Positions 1-10,507 of a stretch of 64,000 nucleotides of DNA are shown one piece after another (position 1 is the first letter of the stretch; each line of letters begins with the position of its first letter). The notes under the pieces are model-generated. The model was not told the DNA's origin, searched no databases, and was given only the letters and a program-made list of their open reading frames with translations. The position numbers were made by a program, and so were the translations under genes. The stretch comes from Planctomycetota bacterium (GTDB taxonomy: Bacteria; Planctomycetota; UBA1135; UBA2386), in assembly GCA_965223545.1 (NCBI GenBank), contig OZ245006.1:2240001-2304000 (forward strand). Reading direction: 5' to 3'.

Positions 1-2773
1 GCAAGTAGTTCCAGCTGACACCGTCCGCCGACCACTCGAAGTCGAAGTTGTCGTTGTCGCGGGTCCTACCCTGGTAGGCCTTGATCATGAACGTCGCCGC
101 CCCGGTGCTCGGTACCCCGGTGAAGGTCCACTCGTGCTCGAGCCGCGACACACCATTGCGGCCGCCACCGACCGTCACTTCCTGGATCGACTCGTAGACG
201 CCGTCGTTGGCGGTCGTGTCGACGTAGCTGCCCGACACCGAGCCGAACGTCGAACTTTCGCCACTGGCGACCACGTCCACCGGCCCGGGCAATACCGTCG
301 CCGAGGCCGTGTTGGTATAGCCGGAGACACCGGCGGTGTTGCCCGCACGCACACGGTAGAAGTATGTATTGGCGGCGAGGCCGCTATCGACGAACGACGT
401 CACGTTGGCAGCGACGTTGGCGATGTTGGCGAAGCTGACGCCATCGGTGGAACGCTCGATCTCGAAGCGGTCCTCGTTGCCGGAGTTGTCGGCCCACGCC
501 AGGTCGATCGCCTGGCCGTTCGCGCCGGCCGTCAGCCCGGTCGGCGCCGCAGGCGGCGTCGGCGGCGGCGCTGTGCCGACGCCGGCCACGACGAGCGCGT
601 AGTCGGCATCGACCGCGCCGGTCTCGAGGTGGCTGTCGGCGACGATCGCGTCACCGATCACATCGACGGTCCAGGTGCCGACCTCGGGGTTGACGAGCAA
701 CACGTTCTCCACCGTGTCGACGGTGTTGGAGCTACCGCCGGCAGACGACGTGTTGTCGGCGGTCAAGCCGTTGTTGCCCCAATAGGTCGTGCCCGACGGC
801 GACGTGAGTCGCAGCGAAAGGTCGTTGACGCGCGCCTGCGAGGCACCCACCAGGCCCATGGGATCGACGTAGACCAGAGTCGCGCGCAGCTCGGGCGTCC
901 CGGCGGCCACTGCGACCGAGTAGGTGTTGGTGCCGAACGGCGCCAGCAGATCGGTCTCATCGACGATCAACACGGTGTCGCGCCCGTCGTACAACCGCTG
1001 CAGATTGGGCAGACCCCAGCCCTGCTTGTTGCGGTCGATGTCGGAGTTGGCACCGCCTTGGTTCCAGTCGTAGCGCTGGGCGAAGTTGATCATCATCGCC
1101 TTGGCGGTGGCCATCTTCGGCCTGCTGGCAAACACCGACGCTGCCCCGCCGAAGCCACTCCACACCCCCTGATGCCACATCTGGTAGAAGATGCCGAAGT
1201 GGCCAGCAGTCTCGGGCGTCGCGGCACTGGTACCGCCGAAGTTGGTGTAGCTGGTGTTGCCCGAACCCGACGCCGAGAAGATCCCGTCGTAGAAGTAGGC
1301 CAGGTCCGGCTTGATGCGGCCGTCGGCGGCCGGGCCGATGCTGGCACCACCGTTCCAGCTGTCGTCGCTCAAGGACACCGTGCCGAAGTGGTAGATGCCG
1401 CCACAGGCCACGATGTTCTTGGCCCAGGCCTGGGGCCTGGAGTTGCGGTTGCCGGCGTTGCTCTGTGACTGCGTGCTCAGCACTTGGTGCAAGAACAGGT
1501 AGTCGTCGGTCTCGGCCGAGATCGACGTATAGCTGGTCGTGCGTGCGCTGCCGACGCTCGAGGTCTGGAACACCGCGCGGTACGGACCGGCCGGATCGAG
1601 CAGCTGCTGGTTGATCACGTAGCGGCTGGTCCCGCCGCCGAACTGCGTCGACTCCGAATAGCGGAAGAAGATGCCTTGGCCGTCGGGGCACATGCCGCGC
1701 GCGTTGGACGACGCGCCGGTGGCGAAGTTGATGCTGTAGCACGAGGTGCCGTGCAGGCTCCCCGACGTGCCACTGCTGTGGATGATCGGCGCCGGCCCCC
1801 ACTCTTGATGGGAAGTCAGCAGCTCGGTGTCGAAGATCTCGCCGCGCACGCCCTGCCCGGTGTAGCCCAGCGTCGACTCGATGAAGTTGGCACCACCGAC
1901 CTGACGCACGATGTTCATGTCGGTCTCACCCGGACCGCCCCACGGATCCACGTACTGGACGTCGTTGCGCCGGACCAACGCCGACAGCTGATCGCCCGTC
2001 AACGTCGCCTCCATGCGGAAGCCCTCCGGCGTCACCACGTGGACTTCGCCGCCGATCCGCCGGATGAAGTCACCCACCGCGTCCTGCGCCGCGCGCCCGC
2101 GCTCGATCAGCATGATCGAATAGCGGGCCGCCGGCACCATGCCGGCATCGACCAAACCCAGCAGCTCCGGAGCCACCCGGTACTGCACGTGGTACGGTCC
2201 GATCCAACGGACCACATCGAGGCTGGAGAGCGCCGCGACTCGACCGGCGTCACCCGCCACCAAGAAGGTGTGTTCGGGCAGCGCCCGGTGCACGCGTACG
2301 CCCTGCGCCTCGACGGCCGCGCGGAACTCCGGCAGCGGCGGCACGTGGAACTGCACGAGGAACAGACGGTTGTCGGCGGGTGCGCGGAGGCTCGGCGCGA
2401 CCAGCGGCACCGAGCGCAGAGGATCGACGTCGAGACCCAGCAGCCGCACGCGGTAGTCGCTGCTCCGCGCGCGTCCCGTCACGGACTCGCCGTCGGTGCT
2501 CACCGCGTAGAAGCTGCTGGTGCCCCCGGCGTCCTGCTCATCCCAGAGGAAGAGCAGCGTGTCGCGCCGCGGACCGCGAATGGTGCGCAGGTTGCGCACC
2601 GCGGCTGGAGTCGTGTGGAACACGACCCCATCCGAAGTGCGGAGCTGCTGCTGCGCAGCTCCGACATCCAGCACAGCCCGGCGCGCATCCTGTGCATTCT
2701 GGGCCGCTGTGGACAGGGACAGCACACCGGCCAACATTGCCGGCGCACAACGCACGAGAGACGAGGTGTTCAA
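1..2773 (-). CDS. Secreted S8 (subtilase) serine peptidase with C-terminal fibronectin type III domain; runs off the window start and is missing from the ORF track
   Basis: Translated by hand from TTG at 2773 (GGAGG upstream): signal peptide MNTSSLVRCAPAMLAGVLSLSTAAQ; catalytic motifs GEIFDT, SLHGTSC, GRIKPDL, FGGTSAATP; FN3-like PAAPTGLTA...LAWADNSGNEDRFEIERS...YFYRVRA; frame open to position 2. Confidence 0.88.
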   Translation of the reverse strand, partial: MNTSSLVRCAPAMLAGVLSLSTAAQNAQDARRAVLDVGAAQQQLRTSDGVVFHTTPAAVRNLRTIRGPRRDTLLFLWDEQDAGGTSSFYAVSTDGESVTGRARSSDYRVRLLGLDVDPLRSVPLVAPSLRAPADNRLFLVQFHVPPLPEFRAAVEAQGVRVHRALPEHTFLVAGDAGRVAALSSLDVVRWIGPYHVQYRVAPELLGLVDAGMVPAARYSIMLIERGRAAQDAVGDFIRRIGGEVHVVTPEGFRMEATLTGDQLSALVRRNDVQYVDPWGGPGETDMNIVRQVGGANFIESTLGYTGQGVRGEIFDTELLTSHQEWGPAPIIHSSGTSGSLHGTSCYSINFATGASSNARGMCPDGQGIFFRYSESTQFGGGTSRYVINQQLLDPAGPYRAVFQTSSVGSARTTSYTSISAETDDYLFLHQVLSTQSQSNAGNRNSRPQAWAKNIVACGGIYHFGTVSLSDDSWNGGASIGPAADGRIKPDLAYFYDGIFSASGSGNTSYTNFGGTSAATPETAGHFGIFYQMWHQGVWSGFGGAASVFASRPKMATAKAMMINFAQRYDWNQGGANSDIDRNKQGWGLPNLQRLYDGRDTVLIVDETDLLAPFGTNTYSVAVAAGTPELRATLVYVDPMGLVGASQARVNDLSLRLTSPSGTTYWGNNGLTADNTSSAGGSSNTVDTVENVLLVNPEVGTWTVDVIGDAIVADSHLETGAVDADYALVVAGVGTAPPPTPPAAPTGLTAGANGQAIDLAWADNSGNEDRFEIERSTDGVSFANIANVAANVTSFVDSGLAANTYFYRVRAGNTAGVSGYTNTASATVLPGPVDVVASGESSTFGSVSGSYVDTTANDGVYESIQEVTVGGGRNGVSRLEHEWTFTGVPSTGAATFMIKAYQGRTRDNDNFDFEWSADGVSWNYL

Positions 2774-2954
2774 GATCGGTCCTCCGGGTTGCAGGGAAGG
2801 CGGCCCGTGCGCACGAACACCGCACGACGGACCGTGATCTCACCGGCCGACGCTAGGCAGCAGCGGGATCGCCGACAACCGGAACAACCCGCAATCGCGC
2901 GCCGTTTCTCGACATCGCGGCGCGACAAAACCTCGCGCTAACGAAACCTACCGC

Positions 2955-5015
2955 TCAATAGTCGGGCAGCAGGCGCTGCCGCACTTCCGGCGGCACGACT
3001 TCGTAGCCGCACGGCTCCAAGGCAGCGTGGCCGCGCCCCTGCGTCATCGAGCGCAGGTCGGTGCTGTACTTGAACATCTCGGCGACGGGCACGCGGCCCT
3101 GGACGCGCACGGTCTCTCCCTGCGGCTCGACGTCGTCGACGATGCCACGCCGCGCGCTGAGGTCACCGATGACATCGCCCGCACAGGGTTCGGGACATTC
3201 GATGTCGACGCGGGCGATCGGCTCCAACAGCGCGGCGTGCGCCTCCGCCGCCTCGCGCAGCGCCGACGCCGCGGCGGCCTCGAAGGCGGTCTCCGGCAGC
3301 TCGCCGTCGACACCTTGGAACGAGAGCAGACGCACCGAGAGCTGCACGAACGGGTAGCCCCACGCGCCACCGGCGGCAGCGGCTTGGATCACGCCGGCGC
3401 GGATCGCGGCGCCGACCGCGGGCGGCGGCGGCTCCCCCACAATCTCGAACGCGCACTCGTCCTCTTCCGGCGCCGGCGTGACCGACAACCGCACCGCCAC
3501 GGTGTGCTCGACCCCGGCCACCGGCTGCGTGTGGCGTCCCTCTGCCTCGCCGGCGGCATCGACGGTCTGCCGGAACGCGACGCGCGGCTTGCCCGTCCGG
3601 ATCTTCAGCTTGTGCTCGCGCAGCAATCGTTGGCACACGACCTCGAGATGCAGCTCTCCCATCCCACTGATCAGCAGCTGCCCCGTCTGCTCGTCAATCG
3701 TGACGCGCAGGCTCGGGTCATCGCGGCGCATCTGCTGCAGGGTCGCGGTGAGCCGGTCCCGGTCTCCCTGCGCCACCGGTTCGACCGCCATCGAGATCAC
3801 CGCGTCCGGAACCCGCATCGACTCGTAGACGACGCGCGCTTCGGGATCGCAAAGAGTGTCGCCGGTGACCGCGAACTTGAGGCCGATCACGGCGACGATG
3901 TCGCCCGCCGCGGCACTATCGAGCATCTCCCGCGCGTCCGCGTGCATCCGCAGCAGCCGGCCGATGCGCTCGACCCGCCCCGTGCAGCCGACCACCAGCC
4001 GCCGCCCGGCCGCCAACACGCCGGTGTAGATGCGCAGAAAGCTGAGGTCGCCCGTCGCGTCGGCGACTGTCTTGAAGCAAAGCGCCGCGAGCGGCTGCTC
4101 GGCGTCGAGCGGCCGCCGCACTTCGTCACCGGTCTCCGGATCCTGCCCCACGATGGCCGGCACTTCGGCCGGTGCGGGGAGATACGACACCACCGCGTCG
4201 AGCAGGTTCTGGATGCCCTTGTCGCGAAAGGCAGCGCCGGCCAACACCGGCAATACGCGCCGCGCAATCGTCGCCTCGCGCAGCGCGGCGACGAGTTCGG
4301 CGGGCTCCGGCGTCACGCCTTCGACGAACTTCGCCAGCAAACCCTCGTGGTGCTCGGCGAGCGCCTCGATCATCGCCGCCCGACGTCGCTCGGCCTCGGC
4401 GCGCAGCGCGCCCTCGATGTCCGACTCGACGCGCTCGCGCGCATCGGCGGGCCACGCATACGCGCGCATCGAGATCAGGTCGATCACCCCGCTGAAGTCG
4501 GCGCCGGCGCCGATCGGCAGCTGCACCGGCACGGGGTTGGCATTCAGTCTGCGGCGCATCGACTCCACGGCCGCATCGAAGTCGGCACCGACGCGGTCCA
4601 TCTTGTTGATGAACGCGATCCGGGGCACTGCGTAGCGGTCGGCCTGACGCCACACGGTCTCCGACTGCGGCTGGGTGCCGGCAACCGCGCAGAACACACC
4701 CACCGCGCCGTCGAGCACGCGCAGCGATCGCTCGACCTCGACGGTGAAATCGACGTGCCCGGGCGTGTCGATCAGGTTGATCTGATGCCCTTGCCACTCG
4801 CAGGTGGTCGCCGCCGAAGTGATCGTGATGCCCCGCTCACGCTCCTCGGCCAGAAAGTCCATCGTGGCGGCGCCATCGTGCACTTCGCCGACCTTGTGGC
4901 TGCGGCCGGTGACGAACAGGACCCGCTCCGACACCGTCGTCTTGCCGGCGTCGATGTGGGCGATGATGCCGATGTTGCGGATCGAGTCCGCCGCTGTCTT
5001 CAGGGGCTTTGCCAC
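2955..5015 (-). CDS. fusA: Elongation factor G paralog (divergent domain IV)
   Basis: [52 protein letters not shown]; not in an rpsL-rpsG-tuf context. Confidence 0.9.
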   Translation of the reverse strand: MAKPLKTAADSIRNIGIIAHIDAGKTTVSERVLFVTGRSHKVGEVHDGAATMDFLAEERERGITITSAATTCEWQGHQINLIDTPGHVDFTVEVERSLRVLDGAVGVFCAVAGTQPQSETVWRQADRYAVPRIAFINKMDRVGADFDAAVESMRRRLNANPVPVQLPIGAGADFSGVIDLISMRAYAWPADARERVESDIEGALRAEAERRRAAMIEALAEHHEGLLAKFVEGVTPEPAELVAALREATIARRVLPVLAGAAFRDKGIQNLLDAVVSYLPAPAEVPAIVGQDPETGDEVRRPLDAEQPLAALCFKTVADATGDLSFLRIYTGVLAAGRRLVVGCTGRVERIGRLLRMHADAREMLDSAAAGDIVAVIGLKFAVTGDTLCDPEARVVYESMRVPDAVISMAVEPVAQGDRDRLTATLQQMRRDDPSLRVTIDEQTGQLLISGMGELHLEVVCQRLLREHKLKIRTGKPRVAFRQTVDAAGEAEGRHTQPVAGVEHTVAVRLSVTPAPEEDECAFEIVGEPPPPAVGAAIRAGVIQAAAAGGAWGYPFVQLSVRLLSFQGVDGELPETAFEAAAASALREAAEAHAALLEPIARVDIECPEPCAGDVIGDLSARRGIVDDVEPQGETVRVQGRVPVAEMFKYSTDLRSMTQGRGHAALEPCGYEVVPPEVRQRLLPDY

Positions 5016-5172
5016 CAGGGGGATTGCGTCGAGAGCAGGTCAGTGAAAGCGCCCGTGAGTGTGGGGCGCCGAGACCTTATCCGAGCCGGTGCCAGCGCGC
5101 TCCCCCGGAGGGTCCTATCGCCGGCCGTGGCAGTCCCCGATAATCAGCGGGTCCGGTTCCCGCCCACCCACC

Positions 5173-6903
5173 ATGCACCGATCCCCGATTCGCCCTGTAC
5201 CGGTCGCCGTCGTCGCGTTGCTCGCCACCTGCGCCGGTGCGCAGACCCCGGCGCCGATGGCCGCACCCGCATTCCTTCTCGACCGCCTGCAGCTGAGCAG
5301 CGCGGAGATCGTGGATGTGGCCGCGTCGCCAAACGACACCCGGCAGCGCACCGTTCGCCTCCTGCTCGGCGGTCGTCTGCGCACGCTCGATCTGCACGCG
5401 CACGACCTGCTCGCACCGGACTTCCAGCTCCTCGTCGACGACGGCGCGACGCTGACGCGGATTCCGACCCCGCGGGCGCACACCTATCGCGGCACGGTCC
5501 GCGATGAGCTCGGCTCCGCCGTCGCCGTCAGTCTCGCCGGCGGCCAGATCGAGGGCATGGTCAGCACCGCGACCGACACGTGGTGGGTCGAGCCGCTGAG
5601 CCAGCACGTGCCCGGTGCGCCGCCGGTTGCGCACCTCGTCTACCGGGGTGATGCCGTGACCGCGACGCCGACCTGCGGCCTGGCGGAGGGCGGAGTGCCG
5701 GCTCCGACGGACACCGTCCCGCCGGCGCCGAACGGGGCCACGCTGCTCACCGAAATCGCGTTCGATGCGACGTTCGATTTCTACCAGCTGCGGGGCAGCA
5801 GCACGACGAACGTGCAGAGCACGATCACCCGCACACTCAATGCCGTCGACGTGATCTACCAGCGCGACGTCAACATCACGTTCCTGCTCACGACCACGAT
5901 CATCCGCACGACGAGGGTCTACAACGCGACCCAGGGAGGCTCCCTCCTCACCGAGTTCGCCAACCGCTGGACCGCACTGCACTCGGGCGTCCGGCGCGAC
6001 GTCGCGCACATGCTGGCGGGGATATCGACGACGACGGTCGGCGGCGTCGCCTTTCGCGGATCCGTTTGTCAGAGCAGTGGCTATGCGGTCACGTGGCACC
6101 AGAGCAGTGTGTTCGTCCGCACTGGTGTGATGGCGCACGAGATCGGCCATTGCTTCAACGCACGGCACTGCAACTCGGTTTCGCCTTGTCACCTGATGTG
6201 CGCTCAGCTGTACGGTTGTGGCACGACGGTCAACGCCTTCGGACCCTCCACGATCAGCACGATCACCGCGTTCTCCAGCCGCGCCGGCTGCCTGTCCCCC
6301 GCGGGGCCACCACCCTCGATCAACAGTGTCTCTCCCTCGGCGACGACCTCGTGGCAACCCGGCACGATCACCGTGACCGGTGCCGGCCTGGACCTCGTCA
6401 ACAGCGTCACCCTCAACAACGTGCCGGTGGCGTCGTTCTCCGCGCCCACCGCCGGCTCGCTCACCTTCACGCCGCCGAGCCCGTTCGACATCGGTACGCA
6501 CACCCTCGCGGTCAGCAGCCCGCTCGGCAGCGCGAGCACGACCCTCACCATCACCGGCAACCACCCGGGCGTCTTCGTCGCGCCGATCCTGGTCCTGCGA
6601 CAGCTCGCGTTCGACTACGACGTGCACACCGACCGCAACTGGGTCGCGGCCCTGTTCGTCTCGCCGAGCAACACGCCGAGCGCGCTCCCCGGCGTCGTCT
6701 CGCTCGGCATCGGCGCCGGCTTCACCAGCCTCACGCCGCTGATGAACGTGGCCGCCGACAACACCGGCCGGGCGCGCGTCTCGCTCACGCTACCACTGAC
6801 GGTGCCATCGTCGACGCCGCTGTACTGGCAGGCGATCACCTTCGGCCAGTCGATCACACTGCCGCTCGAGGTCACCAACGTCGCGCTCAGCACGGTGTTC
6901 TGA
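5173..6903 (+). CDS. Secreted M12B/reprolysin-like zinc metalloprotease with IPT/TIG-like domain and shared C-terminal domain
   Basis: HEIGHCFNARH metzincin motif followed by Met-turn CHLM; signal peptide ending CAGAQ; PSINSVSP...ITVTGAGL IPT-like segment. Confidence 0.85.
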   Translation: MHRSPIRPVPVAVVALLATCAGAQTPAPMAAPAFLLDRLQLSSAEIVDVAASPNDTRQRTVRLLLGGRLRTLDLHAHDLLAPDFQLLVDDGATLTRIPTPRAHTYRGTVRDELGSAVAVSLAGGQIEGMVSTATDTWWVEPLSQHVPGAPPVAHLVYRGDAVTATPTCGLAEGGVPAPTDTVPPAPNGATLLTEIAFDATFDFYQLRGSSTTNVQSTITRTLNAVDVIYQRDVNITFLLTTTIIRTTRVYNATQGGSLLTEFANRWTALHSGVRRDVAHMLAGISTTTVGGVAFRGSVCQSSGYAVTWHQSSVFVRTGVMAHEIGHCFNARHCNSVSPCHLMCAQLYGCGTTVNAFGPSTISTITAFSSRAGCLSPAGPPPSINSVSPSATTSWQPGTITVTGAGLDLVNSVTLNNVPVASFSAPTAGSLTFTPPSPFDIGTHTLAVSSPLGSASTTLTITGNHPGVFVAPILVLRQLAFDYDVHTDRNWVAALFVSPSNTPSALPGVVSLGIGAGFTSLTPLMNVAADNTGRARVSLTLPLTVPSSTPLYWQAITFGQSITLPLEVTNVALSTVF

Positions 6904-6911
6904 GAGCGGAC

Positions 6912-8717
6912 TCAGCGGACGGCGCGGCGCGCCACCGCGCTGAGCAGGTCTCCCGCAAGCACCAGCACAGCACCGCACGCGATGCCCACCAAAAGCACGT
7001 CGTACTGGCCGCGGACGCGCGCATCCGCGATCCAGTAGCCCAACGAGACCACCCCCAGCGTGCCGAGGACGGTGGCTTCCCGCACGCAGGTCTCCCACCG
7101 ATAGAAGAAGTACAGCAAGAAGCGCGGCAGTACGACCGGCCAAACGCCGAACACCGCGATCTGCGGCCGCCGCGCGCCGATCGAGCGCAGTGGCGCCAGC
7201 GGTCGGCGATCGACGTTCTCCACGACTTCGGCGCCGAGACGGCCGAGGATGCCCGCGTTGTGGATCGCCAACGCGGCCACGGCCGCCCATGCGCCGGGAC
7301 CGAGCACGGCGACGGCGAAGAAAGCCCATACGTACTCCGGGATCGCGCGCCAGACGATCAGCACCCCGCGCGCCACCCACAGGGTCAGCACGCCGAGCGG
7401 CCCGATCGCGGCGGTCGCGCGCACCGCCGCGAAGCCGTCACCGGCCACGAACGCCCGCGACGCCGGCCAGCACAGCAGCAGCGCACCGACGCCGGCGATG
7501 GCAATCGCCAGGATGGAGATCGCCAAGGTCGCGGCGGTCGCGGCGGCGCCGTGCGCATCCCAGAGCTCACCGAGCCAGCCGCCGAACGCGGTCCAGCTCC
7601 ACGGCTGGTCGCGCAGTGGGTACGGATACACCTCGCGCGCGAAGCGCTGCAGGTTGGCGGCGCGCCGCTCGCTGGTCAGCTCGGCCAAGTCGGCACCGAA
7701 CCCACCCGCCCACCACGCCCACAGCATCAGACCCGCAGCCACGACCACACTGATGCGCACGAACCGGCTGCGCGGCCGGGCGCGGTGGAGCGCGCGCGCG
7801 CCGCCGCCGAGCAGCGGCCGGCACGACGCCACGCCGCCACCGATCAGATGGCGCCGCAGCACTCCGCTCCAGGCATCGAAGACCAACACCAGGAGCAGCA
7901 GGACGTACAGATAGGTCCAGACCTCGCCGTAGTTGGTGGCGAGGAACGACTGCCGCAAGTAGAGCCCGAGGGTTTCGAAGCCGAAGAAGCCGAGCACGGC
8001 AGATGCCCGCAGGGCGCATTCGAAGCGATAGAACGCGTAGCTCACCATGTCCGGCATGGCGCGCGGGACGAGGCCGAGCAGGTAGACCGCGCCGTTGCTG
8101 GCCCCGGCCGCACGGAGTGCGCGCGCCGCATCGCGCGGCGCCTCGTCGACCATCTCGGCGAAGATCTTCCCCAGGGTGGCACCGAACGGAAGCGCGATCG
8201 CGATCAGGGCGGCGGCGTTGGAGAAGCCGAACGCGATCAACAGGAGGACCGCCCACAAGATCTCGTGCACCGAGCGCAGCACGGCCAAGACCGCGCGCGT
8301 CCCGCCGTACACCAGCGGCGCCACCGTTCGGCGCAGCCACGCGCGCCAGGGCGAGCGCGCGCCGGCCGGGTCGCCGGCCCACCAGGCCGTCGAGGCAAAG
8401 AAGCCCATGACGACACCCAGCACCAAGGCCAAGGCCATCGCCGCCGCGGCGAACTTCACCGTATTGCCCGCGGCGATCAGTGCACCCCACAGCAGCGACG
8501 GAGCGCCCGGTGGCACGAACTCGGCCTCCGAGCTGAGCGCCGGCGTGGCCGCACGCGCCAGGAATTGGAGCAGCACGTCGACTCCCGCCGGCGAAGGCCA
8601 CAGGTCGCGCAAGCTCAGCTCCAACCAGTGCGCCGATAGCAGGGCGGCGGCGGCGATGGCGAGGATGACCAGCGACCGTCCCGCCGGCCGCGGTCGTGGC
8701 GGGCCCGCGAGCGTCAC
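6912..8717 (-). CDS. PhnE/PtxC-family ABC permease (two fused permease domains)
   Basis: Two repeats of RS(V/I)xExxWA...GxLG(K/R)xxAExV(D/E)...YR(F/W)E; GTG start overlaps the upstream stop (GTGA). Confidence 0.88.
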   Translation of the reverse strand: MTLAGPPRPRPAGRSLVILAIAAAALLSAHWLELSLRDLWPSPAGVDVLLQFLARAATPALSSEAEFVPPGAPSLLWGALIAAGNTVKFAAAAMALALVLGVVMGFFASTAWWAGDPAGARSPWRAWLRRTVAPLVYGGTRAVLAVLRSVHEILWAVLLLIAFGFSNAAALIAIALPFGATLGKIFAEMVDEAPRDAARALRAAGASNGAVYLLGLVPRAMPDMVSYAFYRFECALRASAVLGFFGFETLGLYLRQSFLATNYGEVWTYLYVLLLLVLVFDAWSGVLRRHLIGGGVASCRPLLGGGARALHRARPRSRFVRISVVVAAGLMLWAWWAGGFGADLAELTSERRAANLQRFAREVYPYPLRDQPWSWTAFGGWLGELWDAHGAAATAATLAISILAIAIAGVGALLLCWPASRAFVAGDGFAAVRATAAIGPLGVLTLWVARGVLIVWRAIPEYVWAFFAVAVLGPGAWAAVAALAIHNAGILGRLGAEVVENVDRRPLAPLRSIGARRPQIAVFGVWPVVLPRFLLYFFYRWETCVREATVLGTLGVVSLGYWIADARVRGQYDVLLVGIACGAVLVLAGDLLSAVARRAVR

Positions 8718-9520
8718 GAGAGCGGTGCGGGCTCCCGCTCGAGATCGAACAGGGCGCGCAGCCGGCCGTCGTCGATGCGCGCGGCCTCGCCATCCAGGTC
8801 GACCCGGCCACGGCGCAACCCGATCAGCCGCGGGAAGAAAGCGCACGCCAGCTCGATGTTGTGCAGACTTGCGCAGAACGTGCAGCCGTCCTCGGTCGCC
8901 AAGCGGGTCATCAGTGCCAACGTGTCGCGTGCTCGCGCCGGGTCGACACTCGACACCGGCTCGTCGGCGAGCAACACCGACGGGCGCTGGTAGAGCGCGC
9001 GGGCGATCGCGACCCGCTGCCGTTCGCCGCCGGACAACCGATCGGTGCGCTCGTAGAGCTTGTCGGCGATGCCGACGCGCGCCAGCAGCGCGTGCACCTC
9101 GTCGACTTCGCCGCGCACGGGCCAGAACACGCTCCGCATCGCGCCGAGCAGCGACCGCCTGCCGAGGCGGCCAGCGAGCACGTTGTGCACGACGCGCAGG
9201 TTGGGGATCAGGCCGTGGTCCTGCGGCACGAAGCCGATGCGCAGCCTGGCTGTGCGCAGCCGCGGCGGCGACAGCGCGTCCAGCCGCTCGCCGCCCACGA
9301 CGACAACTCCGGAAGTCGGCCGCGTCATCGCGTTGAACAGCCGCAGCAGCGTCGTCTTGCCGGCTCCGCTGGGACCGATGAGTCCGACGTGCTCACCGGC
9401 GGCGACGTGCAGATCGACGCCCTCGAGCGCGGCATGTGCGCCGAAGCGAACCGAGACCCCCCTCAGCTCCAGCGCAGCTCCGGGCGGGTTCTCGGCGAGT
9501 TCGCTGCCGCGCGGACTCAC
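8714..9520 (-). CDS. PhnC-family ABC ATP-binding protein
   Basis: GPSGAGKTT, LSGGERQRVAIARAL, LLADEPVSSVDP, NVLAGRLG. Confidence 0.92.
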   Translation of the reverse strand: MSPRGSELAENPPGAALELRGVSVRFGAHAALEGVDLHVAAGEHVGLIGPSGAGKTTLLRLFNAMTRPTSGVVVVGGERLDALSPPRLRTARLRIGFVPQDHGLIPNLRVVHNVLAGRLGRRSLLGAMRSVFWPVRGEVDEVHALLARVGIADKLYERTDRLSGGERQRVAIARALYQRPSVLLADEPVSSVDPARARDTLALMTRLATEDGCTFCASLHNIELACAFFPRLIGLRRGRVDLDGEAARIDDGRLRALFDLEREPAPLS

Positions 9521-10428
9521 TGCCGCACGAAGTCGAGCTCCAGCGCCAACTCGCGAATCTGCGCGAAGTCCTCGTTCTTGGCGGCGATCAGCCGCTCACG
9601 CTCGAATGCGGCCAGCAGCGTTGGGTCGGTCATCGCCAACAGGACTTCTTGGATCTTTGCAGTCGTGCCGGCACCGAAGGTCTCGTCGATCGAAGGGTGC
9701 GCAGTGAGGTTGTAGTCGGCGTAGGGTGGCGTCTTCCACACGATCCGACAGACGTCGGGGTCGATGCGTCCCTCGGCGACGAAGCGGTCGTAGCGCTTGT
9801 AGTTCACCGCGCCGGCTTGGTAGGTGCCCGCGGCGACTTGCTCGATGGTCTTGTCGTGGCTGCCGGAGTAGGCGTTGGGCGCACCGAAGAACTCGGCCGG
9901 CGACTTGCCGGTGTGCTTGCGGATGAAGTGCTCCGGCATCAGCCGACCGGAGGTTGAGTCTTCCGAACCAAAGGTGAACTTCAGTTCGCCGAGACCCGCC
10001 GGGAACGAGTCGCTGCGCTCGAGACCGGTGTCGCGATGTGCGATGAAGTAGGAGTGGAAGTTCGGGTCGGCCGCGCCCTGGGCGATGGCCTGCGCACCGG
10101 ACACCGCGTGCCGCGCTTGCACGCCGCTCAGTCCGCCGAACCACGCCAGCTGCACATCGCCGCTCTTGAAGAGCTCGACCGAGTCGGCGTAGCGCGTCAC
10201 CGGCACGTACTCGACCGCGATGCCGAGCTGCTCGGCCAAATAGGCCGCCACCGGCTCGAACTTGGCGCGCAGCGCGGTCGGGTCGGCGTCGGGGATCGCG
10301 GTGAAGCGCAGGGTCTTGGGGCCGGCGGCGGCGTCACCGCAACCGCTGAAGGCGAGGAGAGCCAGCAACGGCGCCGAGAGCACCGCGCGGGAGAATCGGC
10401 CGCGGCCGGTCGGGTTCGTTTCGTACAT
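9517..10428 (-). CDS. PhnD-like substrate-binding lipoprotein, resembling the 'putative selenate ABC transporter' subfamily
   Basis: Lipobox AFSGC; FTAIPD, VQLAWFGGLSGVQAR, FTFGSEDSTSGRLMP, YSGSHDKTI motifs; the true start may be the GTG at 10383. Confidence 0.8.
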   Translation of the reverse strand: MYETNPTGRGRFSRAVLSAPLLALLAFSGCGDAAAGPKTLRFTAIPDADPTALRAKFEPVAAYLAEQLGIAVEYVPVTRYADSVELFKSGDVQLAWFGGLSGVQARHAVSGAQAIAQGAADPNFHSYFIAHRDTGLERSDSFPAGLGELKFTFGSEDSTSGRLMPEHFIRKHTGKSPAEFFGAPNAYSGSHDKTIEQVAAGTYQAGAVNYKRYDRFVAEGRIDPDVCRIVWKTPPYADYNLTAHPSIDETFGAGTTAKIQEVLLAMTDPTLLAAFERERLIAAKNEDFAQIRELALELDFVRQ

Positions 10429-10463
10429 CGGTTTTTCCGATACAATGGATCGGTCTTGGCGAT
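10427..10463. promoter_or_regulatory. Two LysR-type boxes (ATCG-N7-CGAT) 22 bp apart, with TACAAT -10-like hexamer at 10441-10446
   Basis: ATCGGTTTTTCCGAT (10427-10441) and ATCGGTCTTGGCGAT (10449-10463), both containing T-N11-A, between the divergent LysR and ABC operon. Confidence 0.65.
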
Positions 10464-10507
10464 CTTAGCGCGCCGCCGGAGCGGCGCAAGCGGACGCCCC
10501 CGTTGCC

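Noticed and set aside
134..2941. Long + strand ORFs (444 aa, 485 aa) and the many other long antisense ORFs, e.g. 3027-5507, 6066-8639 and the 5' parts of 57250-61173 and 50457-53561
   Set aside because: These are shadow frames of real genes in high-GC DNA, with Arg/Gly/Ala-rich low-information translations.
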